DNA of 64,000 nucleotides. It comes from Patescibacteria group bacterium. GTDB lineage: Bacteria; Patescibacteriota; Minisyncoccia; Phycocordibacterales; Phycocordibacteraceae. Each line of letters opens with the position of its first letter. Position 1 is the first letter of the stretch. Location: positions 80,299-144,298 of the forward strand of contig JAIETW010000001.1 in NCBI GenBank assembly GCA_019744845.1. Reading direction: 5' to 3'. This document shows positions 49,715-58,782 of the stretch, piece by piece. A program made the translations under genes and the position numbers. The notes beneath the pieces were generated by a model, which worked only from the letters and a program-made list of their open reading frames with translations, did no database searches and had not been told where the DNA came from.

Positions 49715-51485
49715 TTTTACGTTCAAACAGAAGATCATCAGGAAGACGGAACAATCCTTCATCATTCTCTTTCTGCTCCATAAAGTGCGCAATGAAGCCC
49801 ACTGCGCGAGGAATCACAAAGAGTGCATTAAAGAACTCTGCATCAATGAGCTCCTGAATCTCCTTCTCGCCGTATCCTTCGCATTCAATAAGAATGTCTT
49901 GCATAAGAGCTGCAATGACGCCGTCTACGTTAAGAATCAAAGATCCGTTCTTACCCGTCGTTACCTTCTCAATTGAGCGTGCAAAGTCGTAGTGCGGGTG
50001 GGTCTGGAGTAACTCTGCAAAAGATGAAAGCGCAGCCACACGAGGATCAGGAATACCCACACGATACTTACGATGCCCAATACCAGAGATTACCTTTCCT
50101 CCCTTCGTTGCTGACTCCACAAAATCAGCTGCAGATTGACCAGAGGCAAGTCCTGCGCGCCAGGTGCGTGCCGCTTCATTAATAGCACCCCCAAAACGTG
50201 GACCAATGGTAAGGAGTCCTGAAGTGAGCGAGGACACGAGATCTTTTCCTGCACGTGCCGTCACCATCGTATTCACGGCACCAGAGACATGTCCTCCGTG
50301 ATCAATCAGGAGCGTAAAGATTGCTTCCGCAAATGCCTTCGTAACAGGAGATGAGGCAGGCTTTCCGAGGAGCGCAGCAATGACCGCGCTTCCGAACGGA
50401 CCTTCCTGTGCAACGAGCTTTCCACCCTCTACAAAGACGGGGACGGATTCAAGATCAGTCACGTGACGAGTAGAGAGAATGCTTTTCTGGCGAGTCATAA
50501 GTGGTTGTATATCGCTCATCGTATCACTGAAATCATTCCCCGGAAGGGTCTTCAACGCTTCAAGAAACTCTGGGAAGGTGTCGGGCGCAATCACACCAAC
50601 TCCTCTGAGTGCTTCACGTTTTGCACGTGCGCTCTCATCTTTATGCGCCACCAATGCCTTGGCGTGCCCAAACTGCATGTGTTCATCAAATGCTTCGTCC
50701 ACGATGCCTGCAATGTATGCAACGACGGGCTTGGTAAGCTTCTTCTCTTTTATCATCTCCACAATTTCATACTCATCTACCCCACCAAGCTCTCCGAAGT
50801 ACACCACACCCTTTGTGGCAGAATCTGTCTCTGCCAAAGAAAGCACATCACCAAGTGAAGAGACAGGGAATCTGTCTCCGCCGATACAGTATGAGAAGGA
50901 AAGTCGCTTCCCCGCGTTTGCGACCGCACGGATGAGCTCGCTTGTCATACCACCTGAGGTCGCGACGACTGCAACAGAGCCAGGAGTTGCAAGCTTACTT
51001 GCTTCTATCTGCATTGGATCTACTCCCCCAATGGCGCCAAGCTTCAAGTGTCCTGGCACAAGAATGCCGACACCTGATGGTCCTGCCACAAGCTTCCTTC
51101 CTCCGTACTTTTCTATAAGCGTGGTTGCATGCACTTCTGGTACGTTTTCCGCAAAAAGATGTGCCCCAAGTGCGTCTGGGAACGCGTCAAAGAATGCAGT
51201 CGTCGTCTCGTATGCCCTGCGTCCTGATTGCGCATTAAACAAGAACCGCACCTGTGATTTTAAAGAATCAGGCAGGGAAGTGAAATTCGGATAGCAGGGG
51301 ATAAGAATCTCCTTTGTTCCAAAGAAATACTTCTGTGCCTTACGTGCCCCAGTGATAATTGCAAGCACTGAACGCTTCTGTCCTGAGAGATAATCAAAAT
51401 CCAAGATGGACTGCACAATCCCTGGATGGTTTCCAGCCACTACTATGCCCCGCTCGCCTTTTCGTATGAGATCAAGAGTACTCAT
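49704..51485 (-). CDS. aclA: ATP-citrate lyase alpha subunit (CoA-ligase + citryl-CoA lyase domains)
   Basis: VQSILDFDY, SGGM..EL, IGGD, GELGG, QFGHA phospho-His, DHG.HVSGA, GLLTIGPRFGGA, GIGHR, LILNVDG. Confidence 0.92.
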   Translation of the reverse strand: MSTLDLIRKGERGIVVAGNHPGIVQSILDFDYLSGQKRSVLAIITGARKAQKYFFGTKEILIPCYPNFTSLPDSLKSQVRFLFNAQSGRRAYETTTAFFDAFPDALGAHLFAENVPEVHATTLIEKYGGRKLVAGPSGVGILVPGHLKLGAIGGVDPMQIEASKLATPGSVAVVATSGGMTSELIRAVANAGKRLSFSYCIGGDRFPVSSLGDVLSLAETDSATKGVVYFGELGGVDEYEIVEMIKEKKLTKPVVAYIAGIVDEAFDEHMQFGHAKALVAHKDESARAKREALRGVGVIAPDTFPEFLEALKTLPGNDFSDTMSDIQPLMTRQKSILSTRHVTDLESVPVFVEGGKLVAQEGPFGSAVIAALLGKPASSPVTKAFAEAIFTLLIDHGGHVSGAVNTMVTARAGKDLVSSLTSGLLTIGPRFGGAINEAARTWRAGLASGQSAADFVESATKGGKVISGIGHRKYRVGIPDPRVAALSSFAELLQTHPHYDFARSIEKVTTGKNGSLILNVDGVIAALMQDILIECEGYGEKEIQELIDAEFFNALFVIPRAVGFIAHFMEQKENDEGLFRLPDDLLFERKNEQ

Positions 51486-52630
51486 GGTGCAACAAAGTGA
51501 ATGGCATCGTCTACCGCGCTTGTAATAACGGCATCTGAGCCATGTACTGACCCAAGAAGCGCCTCTGTCTCTAGAAACGCTTTCATGTCTGTAAGTCCCT
51601 TCGCCTCATTTGGTCCTCCACGACGAATAAAGATCTTTACTCCTTGTGTCCTAAGTTCATGAGCTACTTCAGAAAGTGCATCTCTAATACCCGCGAAGGT
51701 TTTTGCCACATCCGTAAAATTTGCGACCCCTCCTGCAATCACGAGCGCCTTCTTCTTTGCCGTAGACGAGAGCATCAGTGCGAGTACTTCTTTCGCATAA
51801 AGATAGGTTTCTTCGCGTGTTGGTCCCCCACTATATTCTCCGTAGTTTCCTATCGCCTCTCCTTGCCCTTGAAGTGCGGCCTCGTCAGCAATGACGATGG
51901 AACCTCCTCCCCCCGAAAGAAGAAAGAACAGCGAACCGTTTTCATTCAGTACTGAAAGTTTCAATGACGCTGGCGTCGTCTTCTGAAGTGTCGCCACTTT
52001 CTCCTCTGCCTCGTGTGCACTGCGACCTTCTACGACATCATCCTCCGTCCATGCACCACGCACAAAGAATTCTCCGGCACTGTCTACCAACACCGCTGCA
52101 TCAAGAAGGTGTACCTGACTTCCGAGGATGACGAGTGGATTGATCTCAAGAAATGCGAAGTGCATCTTTGAGAACGTCTCAAGAAGGTGCGCAAGGAATG
52201 ATTCAGGGATTCCAGTCTTCTCTGCAATCTCTTTAAGAGAGGTGTCGCTACTAATTATATAGCTTTGCACCTTTTCTGGATGTTCTTCAATCTCTATGCC
52301 TCCTTCTTTTGCATGCAGAAGGCGAATCCCGTCACGTACTCGCTCAAGAGAGAGATACTGCTCTTCAGAGCTCTCATGTGGAAGAAAAGGTTCAGCAATA
52401 AAGCGGGTAAAACCCTTCTGGCTCCATTCTGATAGTGCAGGGGGAATCTCTCTCGAAGAGACTTTCACCTTTACCAATCCCTGCTTCATGCGCTTCTTCA
52501 CTCCCTGATCCACTTTCACCACCCAGGTACCCTCTGCTGTAGTATCGCCGACACCTAGAGCCACGCCTGTATATGCATCCCCAAGGATGAGGCTCTTTGC
52601 TTTATGTTCGGTAAGTTTGACGCGTGGCAT
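51482..52630 (-). CDS. aclB: ATP-citrate lyase beta subunit
   Basis: VVKVDQ..KKR.K.GLV, LEINPL, SLKLSVLN, GGGGS, NYGEYSGGP, GGVANFTDV, RRGGPN. Confidence 0.92.
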   Translation of the reverse strand: MPRVKLTEHKAKSLILGDAYTGVALGVGDTTAEGTWVVKVDQGVKKRMKQGLVKVKVSSREIPPALSEWSQKGFTRFIAEPFLPHESSEEQYLSLERVRDGIRLLHAKEGGIEIEEHPEKVQSYIISSDTSLKEIAEKTGIPESFLAHLLETFSKMHFAFLEINPLVILGSQVHLLDAAVLVDSAGEFFVRGAWTEDDVVEGRSAHEAEEKVATLQKTTPASLKLSVLNENGSLFFLLSGGGGSIVIADEAALQGQGEAIGNYGEYSGGPTREETYLYAKEVLALMLSSTAKKKALVIAGGVANFTDVAKTFAGIRDALSEVAHELRTQGVKIFIRRGGPNEAKGLTDMKAFLETEALLGSVHGSDAVITSAVDDAIHFVAP

Positions 52631-52632
52631 AT

Positions 52633-53220
52633 CTATTGTTCAGCCATAGTAACGCGTCCCTTGTCTGTTTCAGACACAATTGAAAGGCCAAGTGCTTCTG
52701 ATAGACGGATACTTGCAGGATTGCTGCGATCCGTGATGGCCCAGATTTTTGCGTGCGGATAGTGCTTCTTGTATTCTTGTATTACCAGCTTCGCGAAGCC
52801 TTTCATAAGTCCCGTACCGCGATATTCAGGGTATGAACGGAATGAAATGGTGTGCCAGTTCCCTGACTCAAGTTTCTTTTCATATTGCTCCTGTTCCTCT
52901 GGAGAAAGGTGTTTCTTAGAATCAAGTCCAAGTGGCTTCGGACCAAGCCAGGCAATGGCCGCAAGCTTTCCATTCTCTGGATCAACCAGTGCGAAGGGAG
53001 TGCGCTCCTTGGCGTACCAGGACTCATACGATCCTTCGCCAAAGCGAGTGAAGTCAGAACTATTGTTCTGAAGCTCTGAGTCCTCCTGGTTTAGAGAGTA
53101 CGCCTTAAGCTGTGCGACCAGCTCTTCTCCAAGGCCTATTACTGCAGTAAAGGCTTTGCCGTCCCTGCTTTCCAGGGGGCCAATCTCCTTCTGCTCGTAG
53201 AGGGGAAGCGGGAGTGCCAT
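52633..53220 (-). CDS. GNAT family N-acetyltransferase
   Basis: PEYRGTGLM, NPASIRLSEALG; start set at MALPL. Confidence 0.8.
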   Translation of the reverse strand: MALPLPLYEQKEIGPLESRDGKAFTAVIGLGEELVAQLKAYSLNQEDSELQNNSSDFTRFGEGSYESWYAKERTPFALVDPENGKLAAIAWLGPKPLGLDSKKHLSPEEQEQYEKKLESGNWHTISFRSYPEYRGTGLMKGFAKLVIQEYKKHYPHAKIWAITDRSNPASIRLSEALGLSIVSETDKGRVTMAEQ

Positions 53221-53275
53221 AAAGAGTACGGTATCAGGCGAAGCTGATTTGTCTATGAAAACCAGGGAAGTCGGC

Positions 53276-55336
53276 TTAACGTTTCCTCCTGCCTTTCTTA
53301 CCCCGCTCCTTGGGATCCGCCTTCCCTTCAAGCACGTATATCTCATCACGGATGACCGCCGCAGTCTCAAAGTCTAGTGCCTCTACGGCATCAGCCATCT
53401 GCTGCCTCTTATCGGCAATAAACGACTTCGGATCCTCCTTATAGAGCTGTGCATCAAGCGTGAGCATGTCTTCCACTGTCCGCTGGTGTTCGGTACGCAT
53501 AGACGCCGCAATGTCCCTGATCTCTTTGCGGATGGTCGCAGGGGTAATGTTGTGCTCCTTGTTGTAGGCAAGCTGAATGTCACGACGACGATTGGTTTCC
53601 CCAATGGCACGTTCCAGAGAACCGGTCATAACGTCTGCATAGAGAATCACCCGTCCAAGCACGTTACGCGCCGCGCGTCCGATGGTTTGAATGAGGGAGG
53701 TCTCACTGCGAAGGAATCCTTCCTTATCGGCATCAAGAATACCGACAAGCTCCACCTCAGGAAGATCAAGGCCTTCACGAAGCAGGTTCACTCCCACCAA
53801 AATATCAAACTCCCCTTTACGGAAATCAGTAAGAATCTGAATACGGTCAATGGTCTTAATGTCACTATGCAGGTACTCCGCCTTGATCTTGCGCTCGCGA
53901 AGGAACTCAGAAAGATCTTCTGCCATTTGTTTGGTAAGCGTCGTCGCAAGTGCACGTCCCCCACGCTTAATGACAATCTCTGACTCCTCTATAAAGTCAG
54001 CGACCTGGCCACGGAAGGCTCCCGTCTCTACGATAGGACGCACGACAAGTTCTGGATCCACAAGACCAGTCGGACGAATGATTTGCTCCACAATCTGACC
54101 CTCTGGCGCCACACTATGCTGCCGCTCGTAGGTACTTGGGGTCGCAGAAGTGTAGATCACCTGACCGACACGCGTCGCAAACTCGTCAAAAGTAAGCGGA
54201 CGGTTATCACGTGCTGAAGGAAGTCGGAAGCCGTGTTCAATAAGCGTATCCTTGCGAGAACGATCTCCCGCAAACATGCCTCCAATCTGTGGCACGGTAA
54301 CGTGCGACTCATCAATAATGGTAAGGAAGTCTGCACTCCCATCCTTTTTGTGCGGGAAATAAGAGAGGAGCGTATGGGGTGGCTCTCCAGGGGCACGACC
54401 ATCAAAGTGCCGTGAGTAGTTTTCAATACCCGTGGTGTAGCCAAGCTCACGAATAAGCGCGATGTCATGGAGCGTGCGACGCTTAATACGCTCTGCTTCA
54501 AGCAACTTCTCTTCTCGCTTAAACTTCTCCACCTGTTCATCAAGCTCACGACGAATATCCTCAAGAGCTCTCGTTCGCTCCTCCTCGTTACTCACGAAGT
54601 GTTTAGCAGGGAAGACAAACAGCGTTTCCACTTCTCCAGTCTTTGCGCGAGAAATAGGATCAAGACACTCAATACGTGCGATAACAGAGCCGTCAAAGGT
54701 GACTCGGTAGATAGCACGTTCGTTGACCGGCATGAGCTCAATCGCGTTCCCCACTGCGCGAATTTCTCCTGGATTAAGATCCGCATTGGTGCGCTCAAAA
54801 TAAATACCAACAAACTTACGTATAAGTGCAGAGCGGTTTTCCTCTGCCCCACGTGCAAGCTTCACATGCACCTTCTCGTATTCTTCAGGAGATCCAAGAC
54901 CGTAGATGGCAGACACTGAGGCAACGATAATGACATCCTTACGAGTCAGAAGTGCCTGGGTAGCCGCATGCCGAAGGCGATCAATTTCTGCATTGATCTG
55001 TGCTTCTTTCTCAATATACGTATCTGAGTGTGCGATATACGCCTCAGGCTGATAGTAGTCGTAGTAAGAAACGAAGTAGTGTACCGCATTCTTTGGAAAG
55101 AATTCTTTATATTCCTGGGCGAGCTGGGCAGCGAGGGTCTTATTGTGTGCGAGTACCAGTGTGGGCTTGTCGTTCGCTGCAATCACATTGGCAGCCGTAT
55201 AGGTCTTTCCGGTACCTGTAGCACCAAGAAGTGTCTGGTGCGCATAGCCTTTCTTAAGGCCTGCAATGAGGCCTTCTATAGCCTTAGGTTGATCACCTGC
55301 GGCAGGAAATGGAGTATGTAGTTTGAAGTTAGGCAT
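53276..55336 (-). CDS. uvrB: Excinuclease ABC subunit B
   Basis: GDQPKAI, GATGTGKT, YYDYYQPEAY, DESH, SLIQTIGRAARN; start set at MPNF. Confidence 0.98.
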   Translation of the reverse strand: MPNFKLHTPFPAAGDQPKAIEGLIAGLKKGYAHQTLLGATGTGKTYTAANVIAANDKPTLVLAHNKTLAAQLAQEYKEFFPKNAVHYFVSYYDYYQPEAYIAHSDTYIEKEAQINAEIDRLRHAATQALLTRKDVIIVASVSAIYGLGSPEEYEKVHVKLARGAEENRSALIRKFVGIYFERTNADLNPGEIRAVGNAIELMPVNERAIYRVTFDGSVIARIECLDPISRAKTGEVETLFVFPAKHFVSNEEERTRALEDIRRELDEQVEKFKREEKLLEAERIKRRTLHDIALIRELGYTTGIENYSRHFDGRAPGEPPHTLLSYFPHKKDGSADFLTIIDESHVTVPQIGGMFAGDRSRKDTLIEHGFRLPSARDNRPLTFDEFATRVGQVIYTSATPSTYERQHSVAPEGQIVEQIIRPTGLVDPELVVRPIVETGAFRGQVADFIEESEIVIKRGGRALATTLTKQMAEDLSEFLRERKIKAEYLHSDIKTIDRIQILTDFRKGEFDILVGVNLLREGLDLPEVELVGILDADKEGFLRSETSLIQTIGRAARNVLGRVILYADVMTGSLERAIGETNRRRDIQLAYNKEHNITPATIRKEIRDIAASMRTEHQRTVEDMLTLDAQLYKEDPKSFIADKRQQMADAVEALDFETAAVIRDEIYVLEGKADPKERGKKGRRKR

Positions 55337-56543
55337 AGTAGTCCCGTATGAAGTTTTCCCTATACTCTCCGAACGTACCATGAAGAAGGGCTTCGCGCGC
55401 GCCGTCTACAAGTCTAAGAATAAAACCAAGGTTATGGGTGGAGGCAATGATTTGCCCAAGCATTTCGCCTGAGCGAAGAAGATGCGAGACATACGCACGA
55501 GTAAACGGCTCAGTACCAGGAATGATGGTCTCTGGATCAAGTGGAGCAAACTCTGTTCTATACTTCTCACTCTTAAGATGTATATTCCCACGACGAGTGT
55601 AGATAGTCCCATGGCGCCCCATCCGGGTTGCCGCAACACAATCAAAAAGATCCATACCTTCTGCAATACCAGTAAGCACGTCTCCTGGCTCTCCAATGCC
55701 GAGGAAATGCCGCGGTTTCTCTTCCGGAAGTTCAGGGATCGCAGCCTGAAGGGCGCCTGCCATATCTTCCTTACTAAATGATCCTCCAATACCAAATCCG
55801 TCAAAGTCCATAGACGCGATCTCTTTTGCACTTTCACGCCTCAAATCTTCGTGACGACCTCCCTGCACAATGCCAAAAATTCCCTGACGCCTATTCGCTT
55901 CAAGATTCTGACGATGTGCACGAAGCGAGCGCTCTGCCCAACGGTGCGTGCGATGCATTGCATCCTTCTGATACTCATAGGACGCAGTAGGGGAGGTGCA
56001 CTCATCAAACGCAAAGAACATATCTGCGCCAAGTGCATGTTGAATTTCTACCGATCGTTCTGGTGTGAACCGATGGAGCGAGCCATCAATGTGTGAAGTG
56101 AAGCTCACCCCCTCGTCATCTATGATCGCAAGTTGTCCATGCTGGGTCTGCACCTCTGGGTCATAGACCGCAACCACATCTCCTGCACTCTCCTCACCTT
56201 TTGCAATTTTAGTAATAGTACGACCATACGCAGCACCAAGAGAAAACACTTGGAACCCTCCGGAATCGGTCATGGTAGGCCCGTTCCATCCCATAAAAGT
56301 ACCGAGGCCACCCGCCTGCTCTACTATCTCCTCACCTGGCTGGAGGTATAGGTGGTAGGTGTTCCCAAGCACCACCTGAGCACCCAGGTGTGCGAGTGTT
56401 TCTGGAAGAACGCCCTTCACATTTGCCTTGGTACCGACAGGGACAAATGCAGGGGTTTGAATATCTCCATGCGCTGTATGAAGCACGCCCGTGCGGGCGC
56501 GTTCGTGTTTCTTTTCAAGAGTAAAGCCAATAGCGCCCTCCAT
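55329..56543 (-). CDS. tgt: tRNA-guanine transglycosylase
   Basis: TPAFVPVGT, NTYHL, TDSGGFQVFSL, GIVQGG, FDCV. Confidence 0.95.
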   Translation of the reverse strand: MEGAIGFTLEKKHERARTGVLHTAHGDIQTPAFVPVGTKANVKGVLPETLAHLGAQVVLGNTYHLYLQPGEEIVEQAGGLGTFMGWNGPTMTDSGGFQVFSLGAAYGRTITKIAKGEESAGDVVAVYDPEVQTQHGQLAIIDDEGVSFTSHIDGSLHRFTPERSVEIQHALGADMFFAFDECTSPTASYEYQKDAMHRTHRWAERSLRAHRQNLEANRRQGIFGIVQGGRHEDLRRESAKEIASMDFDGFGIGGSFSKEDMAGALQAAIPELPEEKPRHFLGIGEPGDVLTGIAEGMDLFDCVAATRMGRHGTIYTRRGNIHLKSEKYRTEFAPLDPETIIPGTEPFTRAYVSHLLRSGEMLGQIIASTHNLGFILRLVDGAREALLHGTFGEYRENFIRDYYA

Positions 56544-56583
56544 GACTCACACGATACTACACCACTTACAGAGACACGAATCT

Positions 56584-58173
56584 TTACGCAATACTGTTCT
56601 TGAGACGCTCTAGTTTCTTACGCAGCTCTTTAAAGACTTTGCGACGGTTTGGGTTTTTCTCTTGTCGCTCAAGATCGCGAATGTGCGAAGGAAGTTTACG
56701 CACCACCTCAAATATCTTCTCATCACCCTTAAATTTATACGTGAAGATATCTTTTGCTATTTCTGCAAGCTCTCTCTTTGAAAGCGTTTTATCCATATTC
56801 TTTACCTTTCCCTCATCTACAATGAGACCCACACCAGCAAAGAGAATGTCTTCAATCATGTTCTCCATATCGGTCGTTTCTGGAGTCTTGAGACGAAGTT
56901 GCTCCATCTGGGACAAAAATGCATTACGTCTCTTTTCGTGGGTTCCTGCGTAGAACGGCGCGCCCTTGGACATTATTTCTCCAATTGCATCTGCAAAACT
57001 GTCATGTGCCTTTATGACATTGAGGTTTGGTAGAGGTTTTTCCTCACCCCCTTCTCCCTTTGCGCGTTCCTCTAGCCTCTTCTTGGTTTCTTCTTTCTTA
57101 CGTCTATCTTCGTCACGCTTGGCTCCCTGTTCAATTCGTTTCAACAGTTCCTTCTCAGGCATAGAATCTAGATAAGCTCTCATGCCTGGCTCCTTAGGAT
57201 CATAGGTACCAGGAGGCACACCATCAGACTTTTCAAGGATAGGAAGGAGGACATCGTCTGAATGAGGCCATATGCGTTTAAACTCTGCCATGTATTCTGC
57301 TTGCAAAGCAGAGAATTTCACGCCGACGCGTACAATGTCTTTAAGAACCTCCATGATACGCTCTCTTCCGCCTTCAGTAGAAGGATGAAACTTCTTGGGA
57401 TCTTTTGATACACCACTCTCGTATCTGTGGGCGGAGGTGAGATCATCGTAGAGTGCAATCAATTGATTCTTTTCAATCTTGAGTGCGGTAAGTTCAGACT
57501 GGAGCTGTTCTCTGCGTTTTTCTTTTTTGTTCTTATCTTCAGGAGACTCAAGTTCACGCCAGAGCTCAACAAGCGGTGCTCCGATTTCCTCAATAAATGC
57601 CTCTTCCATCTCAGAAACTCTTTCTGGGTTTGTGCCAGTGAGTCGCTCAGACTCTATCGTCTCAAGTGCGCTTGTGGCTTTGGAAATAAGTTCAGCAATC
57701 TTAGGCCAATTTTTGTTTTCACGAATCCACTGACGTAGCGCATGACGCTCTTCTTCAGAGAAGTCCTTAAGTGCGAGATCAAGCGCCGCATCTACACGCT
57801 CCAGACTCTTCTCTGCAGTCTTGGCCTTTTCCTCTACCTCAGGATCTTCTGTTGGTTCACCTTCTCTTGGTGAAATTTCTATGCGCACTGGAGTCTCAAT
57901 GAGCTGTACGTCTTCTTTTGAGACCACCTCATAAAGACGACCGTCCTCAAGCTCCATAACTGGTGGAGTCTTACCTTGTGCCTCCCACACATCAAGCGGA
58001 ATTTCACGAAGGACCATGCTGTCCCTATCTTCAATACGCCCGACCATTGGTGCAGTAATGTCACGACCGCTAATTGGCTGCTTCCAGTCAAGAAGTAGAG
58101 TACGTCCAGTTCGCCCGTCCGTATACTTTTTTGGTTGCTCTGGAAGAGGAGGTTCGCGATCAAGAGCGGACAT
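56584..58173 (-). CDS. Hypothetical charged, helical/coiled-coil protein
   Basis: 529-aa E/K-rich ORF with no recognisable motif. Confidence 0.7.
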   Translation of the reverse strand: MSALDREPPLPEQPKKYTDGRTGRTLLLDWKQPISGRDITAPMVGRIEDRDSMVLREIPLDVWEAQGKTPPVMELEDGRLYEVVSKEDVQLIETPVRIEISPREGEPTEDPEVEEKAKTAEKSLERVDAALDLALKDFSEEERHALRQWIRENKNWPKIAELISKATSALETIESERLTGTNPERVSEMEEAFIEEIGAPLVELWRELESPEDKNKKEKRREQLQSELTALKIEKNQLIALYDDLTSAHRYESGVSKDPKKFHPSTEGGRERIMEVLKDIVRVGVKFSALQAEYMAEFKRIWPHSDDVLLPILEKSDGVPPGTYDPKEPGMRAYLDSMPEKELLKRIEQGAKRDEDRRKKEETKKRLEERAKGEGGEEKPLPNLNVIKAHDSFADAIGEIMSKGAPFYAGTHEKRRNAFLSQMEQLRLKTPETTDMENMIEDILFAGVGLIVDEGKVKNMDKTLSKRELAEIAKDIFTYKFKGDEKIFEVVRKLPSHIRDLERQEKNPNRRKVFKELRKKLERLKNSIA

Positions 58174-58178
58174 AGGTA

Positions 58179-58637
58179 TTAGTTTGCGACGTCTACAAGC
58201 TCAATTTCAAAGATAAGGGTAGACCCTCCAGGAATTGGTCCGTAGTCGTTCATACCGTAGCCAAGCTCAGGTGGTACGGAAAGCACGCGGCGACCACCTT
58301 CCTTCATACCGACAACGCCCTGATCCCAACCTGGGATAACGGCTCCTGCACCAAGAACGAAGCTGAATGGACCTCCGTGATTTGCAGATGCATCAAAGAC
58401 AGAGCCGTCTTCAAAACGCCCAACATAGTTCACGCTAATGGTGTCTCCGGCCTTTGCTTCAGCTCCGGTGCCGACGACGGCGTCAGAAATAAGAAGAGTT
58501 GGCTGGCTGTTGTTCTCAAGCGGCATAGTGAGGTCCTGATTAGTTGAAAAGAGATTAAAGAAGGTAGGCCCGAAGAACAAGAAAATCATGGCGACTGCAA
58601 CCGCGAGAGCGACTGCAATACCGGTAGTGGTGTTCAT
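58179..58637 (-). CDS. FKBP-type peptidyl-prolyl isomerase with N-terminal TM
   Basis: VNYVG.F.DG.VFD, VIPGWDQG, PPELGYG, IPGGSTLIFEIEL. Confidence 0.95.
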   Translation of the reverse strand: MNTTTGIAVALAVAVAMIFLFFGPTFFNLFSTNQDLTMPLENNSQPTLLISDAVVGTGAEAKAGDTISVNYVGRFEDGSVFDASANHGGPFSFVLGAGAVIPGWDQGVVGMKEGGRRVLSVPPELGYGMNDYGPIPGGSTLIFEIELVDVAN

Positions 58638-58750
58638 AGATACGAAGAAGTCTTAAGGGATATACAAGCACTAGTATAGCCCTTTATTCGCGAACCATCG
58701 CAGGGTGGCTGGGGACTTCATGAATCCCTGTCTTCCCTACTGTTTTTATT

Positions 58751-58779
58751 ATTATCGGACGGTACTAAGCAACTGTCAA
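58751..58779 (-). promoter_or_regulatory. Near-consensus sigma70 promoter
   Basis: Minus strand TTGACA-N17-GATAAT. Confidence 0.7.
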
Positions 58780-58782
58780 GTC

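Noticed and set aside
58690-58745. SRP (4.5S) RNA
   Set aside because: Superficial CAGG...CAGCCA similarity, but it lacks the GNRA tetraloop and the AGCAG symmetric loop.
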